Below are positions 10,759 to 20,682 of a DNA stretch of 64,000 nucleotides, piece by piece. Positions within the stretch are counted from its first letter, which is position 1. Every line of letters begins with the position of its first letter. The notes below the pieces were generated by a model that searched no databases, was not told the DNA's origin, and saw only the letters and a list, made by a program, of their open reading frames with translations. The translations under genes were made by a program, and so were the position numbers. The stretch is from NCBI GenBank assembly GCA_963802945.1, contig CAWDKY010000015.1, positions 352,001 to 416,000 on the forward strand, in the 5' to 3' direction. The stretch comes from an uncultured delta proteobacterium (GTDB lineage: Bacteria > Desulfobacterota > RBG-13-43-22).

Positions 10759-11889
10759 ATGAACTTGGATTTTAGGCTTAACGAAATGGAAGAAATACTT
10801 AAAACAACAACCGTTAATTTTCTAAAACGGGATATCAATAAACAAACCCTGGAAGCTTTGCATGACTCCGACACCGGATACAACGAGGGTATCTGGCAAA
10901 AAGTCTGCGATATGGGCTGGCTGGGGATCATCACCCCTAAGAAGTATGGGGGGACAGGGTATCCCTTGACCACTGCCGGGGTCTTATTCGAAACCCTGGG
11001 GACCGCCCCCTTGCCCGGACCTTATTTTTCCTCCGGCATACTGGGGAGTCTGATCATCCAGGAAGCCGGAACAGCAGAACAAAAAAAGGCCATTTTACCC
11101 AAGATTGTCACTGGAACCCTGGTCCCAGCCTTGGTCATGACCGAATCCGTAAACGGTTGGGGTGCTGGGCCGGGGAAAATCAGCGCCGAGAAAAAAGGGA
11201 AGGATTATTTAATAAAGGGGAATAAATTGTTTACTCCCGAAGCCATGTCGGCCACCCATCTGATTGTGCCGATCCGGACCGGGAAAAAAATCGATTCCGT
11301 TTCCCTTTTTCTGGTGGACAAAAAGGCGGCTGGTGTTTCCATACGGCCACTGCCGGGTTATTTGATCGGCAGGGCCTTTGAAGTCAAGTTGGACTCGGTG
11401 AAAGTTCCGCCATCGGCTTTGTTGGGGGAAAAGGATAAAGGAGGAGCCGCCTTGATGAAGGCCATCCAGAAATCCATACCCGTGCTTTGCGCCTATCAGG
11501 TCGGGGGTTGTCGGGCGGTTTTCGAGATAGCCGTGGAACACAGCCGCGTCAGGGTTCAATTTGGCCAGGCCATTGGTCGTTTTCAACGGGTCCAAGATAT
11601 GATCATTGAGATCATCAATCAGGTCGAAGCCGCCCGCTGGACCACCTATGAGGCCCTGTGGAAACTGGATACCAAGGGGCTTGTTCCGGAAAGCATTCAT
11701 CTGGCCAAAGCCGTGGCTAGTGAGGCCTATTGGCAAGCCTGCAATTTTGCCCATCGGGCCATCAGCGGCATCAGTTATTCCATGGAGCATCCCTTGAGCC
11801 TGCATACCAGGGCCTCCCGATATCTTTACAATTATCTGGGTGAGCCGGCTTATCACAAACAGCAGTTGGCCAAATTTTTATTACAATGA
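10759..11889 (+). CDS. Acyl-CoA dehydrogenase family protein (likely partner subunit)
   Basis: MGWLGI, KGNKLF, RVQFGQAIGRFQRVQ. Confidence 0.9.
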   Translation: MNLDFRLNEMEEILKTTTVNFLKRDINKQTLEALHDSDTGYNEGIWQKVCDMGWLGIITPKKYGGTGYPLTTAGVLFETLGTAPLPGPYFSSGILGSLIIQEAGTAEQKKAILPKIVTGTLVPALVMTESVNGWGAGPGKISAEKKGKDYLIKGNKLFTPEAMSATHLIVPIRTGKKIDSVSLFLVDKKAAGVSIRPLPGYLIGRAFEVKLDSVKVPPSALLGEKDKGGAALMKAIQKSIPVLCAYQVGGCRAVFEIAVEHSRVRVQFGQAIGRFQRVQDMIIEIINQVEAARWTTYEALWKLDTKGLVPESIHLAKAVASEAYWQACNFAHRAISGISYSMEHPLSLHTRASRYLYNYLGEPAYHKQQLAKFLLQ

Positions 11890-12037
11890 TGAGATCTCCT
11901 GGCCGCCAGCCATTGTAAGACATCGAAGCCCTTTTCTTTCCGGTTGTCGGTGAACCGGCAGATTGAAATCGATCCAGGCGACGAGGGGTTGAATCTATTT
12001 GTTGAGCATTGCAGAAATTTTGAAGAGGAATTAGTTA

Positions 12038-12859
12038 TTGCCTGGTTCGACGATTTATCCGGTTCACCTCTGCCAACCGGATTCACAAAAGTCCTGTGGG
12101 GCCTGCTGCGGTCTTTATAATTTTCAAGATCACTCCCGGGCAGCAGTGACGTCCTTATTGGAAAAAAGGACGCATCTTTTGCATTCATTCCAAGGAGGGA
12201 TTCCTTTCGAGGAATATGTCCAAAAAGCCGCCTCTCTTGCCCGAAGCCCAAAGCTATTTGAGGTGATCCATAATTGTGATTATCTCGGTTTTTTGGATCT
12301 GGACCAGAAAAAAGTAGGTTGCCTTCTCCACCCTTCGGGCCATCAAGGTCAGGACCTCCGCCGGCACTCCTTTTATGGAGCCGAATTATGCGCCGGTCAT
12401 TATTGCCCGAGCTATTCTTACTTGGATTCTATCGAGCAGAGAGCGGTCATTGCCGTTCTTCAGAATTGGTATTTGTACGGTCTGGTGATCACCGACATCG
12501 ACCTGGTTAAGGAATTCTTTCACCATACCCAGACTCGTCTTGGGGAAAGTATTCGCCTGGAACGATTTGAGAATGAGGCCGTACGGAATGCTCTTGTGGA
12601 CTTTTTTAGACTGAAAGAAGATTGGCCCTATGCCTCGGCTGAAAATCGGTTGGGTAAATATTATTTCTCTTATTCGGAATACCAGATTGCCCGAATCGAG
12701 TATGAAAAAAAATGGGGGATAAAACCGTCCCGGTTCGACAAGATTCTGGTAAGCCTGTCTTCAGAATTTTCCTCTCTTGAGGATGTCAAGAGAGCCGAGG
12801 AAATCCTAGAAGAAAAAATACAAAATTTCGTGAAGGCCTATCAGGAGATGAACCTCTGA
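12038..12859 (+). CDS. Cys-rich hypothetical protein
   Basis: 273-aa ORF with SCGACCGLYN, VGCLLHP, CAGHYCPS; GAGG RBS before the TTG start. Confidence 0.75.
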   Translation: MPGSTIYPVHLCQPDSQKSCGACCGLYNFQDHSRAAVTSLLEKRTHLLHSFQGGIPFEEYVQKAASLARSPKLFEVIHNCDYLGFLDLDQKKVGCLLHPSGHQGQDLRRHSFYGAELCAGHYCPSYSYLDSIEQRAVIAVLQNWYLYGLVITDIDLVKEFFHHTQTRLGESIRLERFENEAVRNALVDFFRLKEDWPYASAENRLGKYYFSYSEYQIARIEYEKKWGIKPSRFDKILVSLSSEFSSLEDVKRAEEILEEKIQNFVKAYQEMNL

Positions 12860-12872
12860 TTTAAAGGACTCG

Positions 12873-13862
12873 CTAGATCTTGAGAACGATTTTTCCGAAT
12901 TGGACATTAGAAGCCATATAAGCGTGCGCATCCGCCGCCTGATCCAAAGAAAATATTCGGTCGATGACTGGTTTCAACCGGCCATCAGCCAGGGACGGGA
13001 GCAGATCATCGATGACTTGACGGGCGATTTCGATCCGTTCGGAAAGGGTTCTGGTACGGAAGGTGACACCGATAAGCTCCAGTTGTTTCAGGGCCAGGAG
13101 ATCCATATTCAGTTGACCGATTTCCCCTCCCAGCCTGCCGACACTGACCAGACGGCCTTTCAAGGCCAGGCATTTCAGATTATCTTTCAAGTGGGGACCG
13201 CCCACATGATCGATAATCAAGTTAACGCCTTTTCCTCCCATGGTCGAGAGAACAGCCTCCTTAAAATTATCTAACCGGTAATTGATGCCCACATCCATCC
13301 CCAGATTGCTAAGGGCAGCCAGTTTTTCTTGGGAGCCCGCCAGGCCGATAACCGGTTTTGCGCCCCATAATTTGGCAATCTGAACAGCGGCTACCCCAAC
13401 ACCCGATGAGGCTCCATTGATCAACACAGATTCGCCAGCCTGAAGACGGCCGTTGGTGATCAGGGCATTGTATTCGGTCATGTAGGAAACGGGTATCGTT
13501 GCGGCTTCTTCCCAGTTTAGCCTCTCCGGCTTAGGCATGGCCAGGTGTTGATGGATAGTGGTGAATTCGGCATATCCTCCATTACACATACCCATAACGC
13601 GGTCACCGATGGCGAAACCGGCTACATCCTTTCCAATCTCAGTAACGATCCCGGCGGCTTCTCCTCCGACAATTTCCGGTTGACCTTCTGCCGGTGCCGC
13701 TGCCGTTTGGTATGTTCCTTGTACACGAAAAAGGTCAGCACGGTTCAAGGCCGCGGCTTTCACCTCGATTAACAAATCTTGCGGACGCGGCTTTGGCCTT
13801 GGGACATCTTGCAAGGCTATGGTCCCACCTTGTTCTCCCCTGATAATGACAATGGCTTTCAT
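12873..13862 (-). CDS. NAD(P)H-quinone oxidoreductase (MDR superfamily)
   Basis: AAALNRAD, GGYAE, GASSGVG, GKIVL. Confidence 0.92.
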   Translation of the reverse strand: MKAIVIIRGEQGGTIALQDVPRPKPRPQDLLIEVKAAALNRADLFRVQGTYQTAAAPAEGQPEIVGGEAAGIVTEIGKDVAGFAIGDRVMGMCNGGYAEFTTIHQHLAMPKPERLNWEEAATIPVSYMTEYNALITNGRLQAGESVLINGASSGVGVAAVQIAKLWGAKPVIGLAGSQEKLAALSNLGMDVGINYRLDNFKEAVLSTMGGKGVNLIIDHVGGPHLKDNLKCLALKGRLVSVGRLGGEIGQLNMDLLALKQLELIGVTFRTRTLSERIEIARQVIDDLLPSLADGRLKPVIDRIFSLDQAADAHAYMASNVQFGKIVLKI

Positions 13863-14191
13863 GTCTGTCTCCTTTTGGCTGAATACTCGCTTATTTTTAT
13901 ATGAGACTGGAAGTGGCGGATCGAACTGGAAAGAGTATAAAATAACCCTTGAGAGGGAGCAAGGAGAAATAAGCTTCCTGCAAACAATTCAGTGATCGCT
14001 AAAAGTCCCTAAATCCTATTTAGAGAATGCTTTATAAAAAGAAAGCCAGGGACCTGATTCTTTTTGACGAAACCCAAAAGAAACGTTATATAGAAGTTAC
14101 GATAGTGAACCACCTTTTCTATCTATGCGGATAAAACCAACTGTAAATTAAACGGCTCGATGAATACCCATCATCCTTTTCAAGGACAAGT

Positions 14192-14962
14192 ATGAAAGAA
14201 CACCTACCCCCCGCCATGGATGATTACCAGGATTTAAGGAAGCTCTGCCTGGAGTATTCCCTTTCCATCGGCCCTCCCATATTCTACAAGGAGAAAAGAG
14301 ATAGTATCGAATTATCCCGTAATACTTTCGAGGATAATGAGATGGTCCAAAAATGTTTAGAGATAGTGGCAAAAGAGGGGTTTTTCGCCGGCCATGCGGA
14401 GGAACACATCCGCAACGTCGCCATTGAGGCCGGGGCGATTGTTCTGATTGAAGCGGATGGCCTGCCTCCCAATTGTAGAACCGGCCAGAGGCTTTCTTTC
14501 CTGGCCCACATCGCCGGGGTCCTTCATGACATCAAAAGGTCGGAACCCGAACATGCCCGTATCGGTGCCATAGAAGCCGGGAAGATTCTTGAGAATCTCA
14601 ATTTTAAAGAGACCGAACGCCGTATGATCGTGACGGCCATTGCCAACCACGAGGCCTTTCAGGCACCTGAAGCCCTTGCTTCTCCAGAGGCTCAACTTCT
14701 GTCCGATGCCCTTTATGATGCCGATAAATTTAGATGGGGTCCGGAAAACTTCACTGATACCCTCTGGTCCATGCTGGCTTTGCGAAAGAGTGAAAACATC
14801 CCCCAGCTTTTCGCCCGATTTCCCAAAAGCATGGAAGGCATTGAACGGATAAAGGAAACCTTTCGTACCCACACCGGTAAGGTCTACGGTCCGGACTTTA
14901 TTGAACGGGGCATGGAAATAGGCAGGAGGCTTTATGCCCAATATATGGCCAAGGAGGACTAA
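14192..14962 (+). CDS. HD-domain metal-dependent phosphohydrolase
   Basis: GHAEEH, VLHDI, EHA, ANHE, YDADK. Confidence 0.85.
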   Translation: MKEHLPPAMDDYQDLRKLCLEYSLSIGPPIFYKEKRDSIELSRNTFEDNEMVQKCLEIVAKEGFFAGHAEEHIRNVAIEAGAIVLIEADGLPPNCRTGQRLSFLAHIAGVLHDIKRSEPEHARIGAIEAGKILENLNFKETERRMIVTAIANHEAFQAPEALASPEAQLLSDALYDADKFRWGPENFTDTLWSMLALRKSENIPQLFARFPKSMEGIERIKETFRTHTGKVYGPDFIERGMEIGRRLYAQYMAKED

Positions 14963-14996
14963 GGGCTGGGACAATTAGGCTAGATCTTATTTTATT

Positions 14997-15102
14997 CTGA
15001 CCAGTAGTTGGGTTGACAGACAGTGTCCAGATAACTCTTCTAAAGCAATCGTTCCGAAAATTAACGATTACGGATTGAAATGTGCATAAAAAAGCAGATC
15101 CA
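14997..15102 (-). repeat. Degenerate dispersed repeat family B, copy 1
   Basis: Reverse complement matches 28297-28370 and 45092-45211, including the exact 21-mer gtcaacccaactactggtcag shared with the latter. Confidence 0.7.
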
Positions 15103-15389
15103 TTTCTAACTCTGTTTTTCATTTTCTATGAGGCAATGTGAAGTTGTTTTTTTAACTACCTTCCAGAACTTGCAAGGCCATTTAATTAAAATTCAAGCGG
15201 AGGGATGGTGACCTCTTGTCCTTGGAACGGTAGATGATATGGGAATCTTCCGGGAGATAGGTCATTCGTTCCTGAGAAAAAGAGGCCCGGATGATAGCTT
15301 TTGTGGTCATAATTCACTTGACACACAAACTCTTTTTTCATATAGTCCAGCCGCAAAAAAGGAAGTTTTTAACCATAAGGAGGATTATT

Positions 15390-16517
15390 TTGGTCATTCT
15401 GGATATGCTTCAGGCCATGGCAAAAGGAACGGGACTCGCTAATTTTACTCTCGCTCATATAATCATGATTTGCGTCGGGGCATTGTTTATCTGGCTTGGA
15501 ATCAAGAATAAATTCGAACCTTTTTTACTGGCGCCACTGGGTATTGGCTGCATTTTAGTCAATGTGCCGGGTACGGGTTTAATGGATCCGGGCGGTTTAC
15601 TGTATTACAACTACCGAGGCATAACCGAGGTGATTTACCCTCCTCTGATATTTCTTGGAGTAGGTGCAATGACCGATTTTGGACCGTTGATCGCCAATCC
15701 CAGTACTATCATTTTGGGAGCGGCGGCTCATTTGGGCATTTTTATTGCCTTGGTTGGAGCAAAACTCATTGGCTTCAATATAGCAGAAGCCTGCGCCATT
15801 GGTATTATCGGAGGCGCCGACGGTCCTATGGCCATATATGTGACAACCAAATTGGCGCCCCATCTCTTGGGACCTGTTGCTGTTGCCGCCTATTCCTATA
15901 TGGCTTTATTACCGGTCATTCAACCGCCGATCATGAAATTACTTGTGCCGGAAAAGGAACGAAAAATAATCATGGCGACCATGAGGCCAGTTTCCAAAAG
16001 AGAAAAGGTGATTTTTCCTGTTATGATGATTTTACTTGTGTTGATTGTCTTGCCGCCCATTGCCCCCCTGATCTCCTGCTTTATGCTGGGAAATATGATC
16101 AGAGAATCTGGAGTTATGAAGAGAGTGGCCGACACGATGGCCGGAGTTTTTCTGGATATTATCACCGTTTTCATTGCCGTGGCCATCGGCACAACCATGA
16201 GCGCAGAAAATTTTGCCAATGTCAAAACATTACAAATTATTATGCTGGGTTTTATTGCCTTCGCCTTCGGCACGGCCAGTGGTCTTTTATGGGGAAGGCT
16301 CTTGTGTTGGGTAACCAAAGGAAAGATTAATCCTCTGATTGGTTCGGCAGGCATCGCCGCCGTGCCCATGGCGGCACGCGTTTCACACAGCGTTGGCATG
16401 CAGGCTAACAAACACAGTTATCTGATTATGCATGCTATGGGACCGAATTTGGCCGGGGTGCTGGGGACTGCTGTTGCCGGGGGAATTATGTTGACTTTGC
16501 TGGGGGTGATTAAATGA
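15390..16517 (+). CDS. oadB: Sodium-translocating decarboxylase beta subunit (OadB/GcdB/MmdB family)
   Basis: FLGVGAMTDFGPL, GIIGGADGP, AAYSYMAL, IGSAGIAAVPMAARV, HAMGPN; AAGGAGG RBS before TTG 15390. Confidence 0.93.
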   Translation: MVILDMLQAMAKGTGLANFTLAHIIMICVGALFIWLGIKNKFEPFLLAPLGIGCILVNVPGTGLMDPGGLLYYNYRGITEVIYPPLIFLGVGAMTDFGPLIANPSTIILGAAAHLGIFIALVGAKLIGFNIAEACAIGIIGGADGPMAIYVTTKLAPHLLGPVAVAAYSYMALLPVIQPPIMKLLVPEKERKIIMATMRPVSKREKVIFPVMMILLVLIVLPPIAPLISCFMLGNMIRESGVMKRVADTMAGVFLDIITVFIAVAIGTTMSAENFANVKTLQIIMLGFIAFAFGTASGLLWGRLLCWVTKGKINPLIGSAGIAAVPMAARVSHSVGMQANKHSYLIMHAMGPNLAGVLGTAVAGGIMLTLLGVIK

Positions 16518-16663
16518 GTATCATTCAAGACACCATTACTGGAGCATTAATGCTGAGTATTTTTGATTTTATTGCTTGCTTTTTTGTTCTATATTTTATC
16601 GGTATTTTTATTAAGATTCTCCCATTTCTTAAGAGAAAAAAGAAGGATGATGTGCGAGTGTAA
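16514..16663 (+). CDS. 49-aa single-TM protein, possible gamma/delta-like decarboxylase subunit
   Basis: ATGA overlap with the beta-subunit stop; MSIIQDTITGALMLSIFDFIACFFVLYFIGIFIKILPFLKRKKKDDVRV; below the ORF-track cutoff. Confidence 0.65.
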   Translation: MSIIQDTITGALMLSIFDFIACFFVLYFIGIFIKILPFLKRKKKDDVRV

Positions 16664-16821
16664 ATATTTCAGACCATCCTCCTGATCCTGTTTCCAAAGG
16701 TCGTCCTTTATCTCCCCAATCTATTGAAATAGAATACAGCAGTATAAGCTTAAAAATTATACCGTCTCGCCGGATCGATCCAATTCCTCTGGCCATTGGA
16801 GTACCCGGATAAAGGCTTATC

Positions 16822-17019
16822 CTATTCTTTTTTATCAGTCGTGTCTTTTTCAATTTCTTTGGGTTTAGGCGGTGGCTCTTCTTCTTGTCCTGAGATACCC
16901 TTTTTAAACTCCTGGATTCCTTTCCCCAAGCCTTTCCCAATTTCTGGTAATTTTTTAGCCCCAAAGATAAAAGCGGCTATTATCAAAATAACTATTAAAT
17001 CTTGATTTATACCGATCAT
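16822..17019 (-). CDS. tatA: Twin-arginine translocase TatA/E subunit
   Basis: TM helix followed by [23 protein letters not shown]. Confidence 0.93.
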   Translation of the reverse strand: MIGINQDLIVILIIAAFIFGAKKLPEIGKGLGKGIQEFKKGISGQEEEPPPKPKEIEKDTTDKKE

Positions 17020-17342
17020 AACTACCTGCCTTCCTTGTTACCCATTTTATTATAAAAAGATTAAGTTAACCCCTTGTTTGTCTTCCAATAAATATACTTA
17101 TCCTGCTTAGCCCTTAATATGGATTACAAATGGTAGTATACACCATTTTCAAACTTTTTAGAAATGAGAACTTTAGGAAGAAGTCGTTATCAAACTTGAC
17201 ATTGCCTGTATATTCAAATCCTGACTTTCACAGCTAAATAAAACCGAAATAAGATTCAAGACCCGCGATCTCACGACCCTTTACGATTCCCTTTGAAGCT
17301 CTACACCCCCTGTTTTCAAGGAGCTTTTGACATAAAACCTTG

Positions 17343-18713
17343 CTAAGTTTGTTTTCCTAATATCGCCTTTTTCTTCCACCGTCCGCCTTTGTAGTAGAGC
17401 CAGTTCAATCCGACGGACAGGGCAGTGCTCGTCAACATGGCCATCCAGATACCGTTCTGTTTGAAACCGACCGGGCCGGCAAGCACATAGGCTAAGGGAA
17501 CGCGGATGACGATCATGCCGATAAACGAGAGGGCCAGCAAGGCCATCGTGTCGCCGGCGCTGCGGAGAACGCCCTGGATGGCGAAGATGACGGCAAAGCA
17601 AGGGTAAATAAAGGCCATCCAATGGTAATAATCGTGGACAATAGCCAGCACTCTGACCTTTTCCGCTGATTCCTTGAGGAAAATACCGCCGATCTGATGA
17701 GAGAAAAATATCAGCACGGAGGTGCATACCAGGGCAACGCCCATACCGAAAAGCATGGACATACGCAGGGTCTGGAAAACGCGGTCGATCTTCTGCGCCC
17801 CTAAGTTCTGGCCGGAAATGCTGGTCGCCGCCATCCCGATGGACATGAACGGGATCATGGCCAGCATATCGATCTGCATGCCGATGCCGAAGGCCGCCGT
17901 AACATCTGTGCCGTATCGATTGACCAGGGAGATGATGATGACTCCGGCCAGGGAGATCACAAGCATCTGCAGCGATGCGGGCAGGCCGATGGCAAAAACC
18001 TCCCGGATGATGTGCCAATTCAAACGGTAGTTCCAACTGCGCATGTTGATATAAGGATTGTGCCTCAGCAGGTAAATATAGCCGACGATGCCGGTCGTCG
18101 CGGCCGCCAGCGCCGTGCCGCAGGCCGCACCGGCCACGCCAAGAGGCGGCAGAGGGCCGATGCCGCGAATGAAGAACGGGACGAAAATAATATTAAACAC
18201 CGTAAGCAGAACAAGGATTTTCACCACCGTAACAGCATCACCCAGACCATTCAGCATGCCGTTCATCCAGCTGATAAAAAATTGAAATACCAGCGCGGCC
18301 ATAACGATGGTCAGATAAGAAAGGGCCATGTCCCGAATTTCCTTGGGAACATGCACCCAGTCAAGCAACCGTTGACGGAGTGCCAGAGCGGTGATAGAGA
18401 TGATGAGGCAGAACAGTATCGAGGTAAAAAATGAATTCGCCAGGATTTTTCTGAGCAGCTCGGTGTCTTTGCGACCGAAGGCCTGGGCGATAAGGATATT
18501 GGTGGCCATGCCCAGGCCGATGAGAATGGCGGGCATCAGCATGATAATCGGCAGGCTGGCGGAGATGGCGGCCACGGCCGTGTGGCCCAAGAGGCGTCCG
18601 ACCCAGATCATGTTGATGATGCCATAGATGGACATCAACACATTACCGAGCATGATCGGCGTACTAAAATTTATGACCTGTTTTCCAATATGGCCTTCAG
18701 TGAAATCCTGCAT
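17343..18713 (-). CDS. MATE family efflux transporter
   Basis: MQDFTEGHIGKQVINFSTP, GQNLGA, QGVLRSAGDT; many hydrophobic segments. Confidence 0.92.
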   Translation of the reverse strand: MQDFTEGHIGKQVINFSTPIMLGNVLMSIYGIINMIWVGRLLGHTAVAAISASLPIIMLMPAILIGLGMATNILIAQAFGRKDTELLRKILANSFFTSILFCLIISITALALRQRLLDWVHVPKEIRDMALSYLTIVMAALVFQFFISWMNGMLNGLGDAVTVVKILVLLTVFNIIFVPFFIRGIGPLPPLGVAGAACGTALAAATTGIVGYIYLLRHNPYINMRSWNYRLNWHIIREVFAIGLPASLQMLVISLAGVIIISLVNRYGTDVTAAFGIGMQIDMLAMIPFMSIGMAATSISGQNLGAQKIDRVFQTLRMSMLFGMGVALVCTSVLIFFSHQIGGIFLKESAEKVRVLAIVHDYYHWMAFIYPCFAVIFAIQGVLRSAGDTMALLALSFIGMIVIRVPLAYVLAGPVGFKQNGIWMAMLTSTALSVGLNWLYYKGGRWKKKAILGKQT

Positions 18714-18786
18714 AAGGTAAGCCCTTGGGTGTCTTAACGATCCCTTTTCCCTTTCCCGGATGCGTCCGAGAAAAAAATGAGGGCCG

Positions 18787-20256
18787 TCATTTGCCTCTTT
18801 GCTTGCGGGTATGGCTCTCCAGATACCGGCGGTATTGGTCCAGCTCGGCCAGTACCCGGGCCGCCTGGGGGAAGGTAGAAAAGGTGGCGAACCCGGCGTC
18901 CGTGTACCGGTCCTCCAACTCCTGCCTGAGGATCTCCCCCTCAATGCCCCCGCGGCCCCTGTCCAAAACCACATAGATCGGCTTGCCCATCCGTTTCATA
19001 GAATCCTTAACCAACTGAGGGAGGAGGGAAATCATGGAACGCCCAATCACACGAGTGATGAGGTCCACCGGCTGATTGAAGATAAGGGCATCGATGTTCG
19101 GATCGTCTCGAAGCAAATCCATGAGCACCTGGAGATTTTCATAGCCTTGACCGAAGAAGGCGCCCATGATGTCCAGCGGATTCTTGGCGCTGCTGCCCTG
19201 GATGGGAACGAACTCTTCGATGGCCTTGATGGTTTTATCGGTCAGGTGCGGCACGTAAAGGCCGGCCTCTTCGGCCATATCGGTCATGGTGACCGAGCCG
19301 CCGCCGGCACCGCCCAGCACGGCCACATTCCTTCCGGGCGGTAGAGGCAGCCCCATCAAGGCGGTCAGGGTGACGGCCATGTCCTCAAGGGAATGGACGG
19401 AGATAAGCCCGGCTTGGCGGCACACGGACTTCCAGAGTTGCATAGATCCGGCCAGAGAGGCGGTATGGGACTGGGTGGCTCGAGATCCGCCCTCGGTCAC
19501 ACCACCTTTAAAGACGACGATCGGTTTTATCAGTGAAATCTTTTTGGCCTGTTCGAAGAAGGCCCGTCCGTCTTTCAGCCCCTCCACATAGGTGGCGATG
19601 TATTTGGTTTTGTCGTCCTGGGCCAGGTATTCGAGGAACTCGTGGTTTTGCATGTCGGCGGCGTTGCCGTAACTGACGACCTTGCTGAAACGCACACCTT
19701 TTCCCTCGGCCATGGAGATGAACATCCCGGCCAATTGACCGCTCTGGGAGACAAGGCCGACCGGTCCGGACCTGTCCGGGAACTCATTGGTCCAGGCCAG
19801 GCCACCCTCCGGACAGTACAGTCCCATGCAGTTCGGGCCGATAACCCGGATACCGGCCTGGCGGGCCATCTGAATCATGTCTTTTTCAAGCCGGGCCAAA
19901 TCCTCACGGCCGGTTTCGCTAAAGCCGGCTGTAAAGAGATGGACGTATTTTACATTCTTGGCCGCACAATCAGACATGACTTCGAGCACAACTTTGTAGT
20001 TCACGCTGAAGATGACCAGGTCAACCTCGTCCGGGATGTCACGAACGCTTTTATAGACCGTAAATCCGAGGATGCTTTTAGCCGTGGGATGAATTGGGAA
20101 TATTTTTCCTTTGAAATGTTGTTTAATAGAACCTTCGATATAGGTGTTGCCGCCCCACCGGCCGCCGGGCAGCCCGCCTCTGGGTGAGGCGCCGACTACG
20201 GCGATGTTTTTGGGGTAAAATAGGGTTTCTAAGGGATGTTCAGACAATTTACTCAT
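18787..20256 (-). CDS. CoA-binding protein / ADP-forming acyl-CoA synthetase alpha-like
   Basis: IAVVGAS, GPNCMG, SQSG, QSHTASLAG, NPLD. Confidence 0.9.
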   Translation of the reverse strand: MSKLSEHPLETLFYPKNIAVVGASPRGGLPGGRWGGNTYIEGSIKQHFKGKIFPIHPTAKSILGFTVYKSVRDIPDEVDLVIFSVNYKVVLEVMSDCAAKNVKYVHLFTAGFSETGREDLARLEKDMIQMARQAGIRVIGPNCMGLYCPEGGLAWTNEFPDRSGPVGLVSQSGQLAGMFISMAEGKGVRFSKVVSYGNAADMQNHEFLEYLAQDDKTKYIATYVEGLKDGRAFFEQAKKISLIKPIVVFKGGVTEGGSRATQSHTASLAGSMQLWKSVCRQAGLISVHSLEDMAVTLTALMGLPLPPGRNVAVLGGAGGGSVTMTDMAEEAGLYVPHLTDKTIKAIEEFVPIQGSSAKNPLDIMGAFFGQGYENLQVLMDLLRDDPNIDALIFNQPVDLITRVIGRSMISLLPQLVKDSMKRMGKPIYVVLDRGRGGIEGEILRQELEDRYTDAGFATFSTFPQAARVLAELDQYRRYLESHTRKQRGK

Positions 20257-20682
20257 TACTCAAACCTCCTCCATACTTCCTTCCCGCTCGACGTTCATCA
20301 ATATGGGCATGCTGGCTGAAGTCATTCAACACGATCGCGTTCCCGGTATTTCCAGAGAAAATGAGGATGTTACGTGACGACATCGATGTTTTTATTGTCG
20401 CGGTGCAACTACAGGCGATAATAAAAATTCTCGCCGCGGCCGAAATCGATGTCCAGCGGGGTCCTTTGATAGGAAATTGTTTTTTGTTAATATAAGAGTA
20501 TAGGATAAAAAAAACAAGGTCAAGGAGAAAAAGGGACCTTCTTTTTACGAAATTGTTGGAAGGGATACTTGCTTAATATTATGAAAATTTTACCTGTTAC
20601 CGAATAGGATAAGGTGTTATAATATCGGGCAAGAAATCGGAAAAAGAGAACTTCGTATATTAATTGTTAAATATAGAATAAT

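Noticed and set aside
17281-18036. Long alternative-frame or antisense ORFs (also e.g. 11209-11856, 47153-48031)
   Set aside because: They overlap well-supported genes and show no recognisable motifs.
20500-20600. Possible intI 5' remnant upstream of the HNH cassette
   Set aside because: Only a few suggestive codons on the minus strand; no ORF or catalytic motifs.
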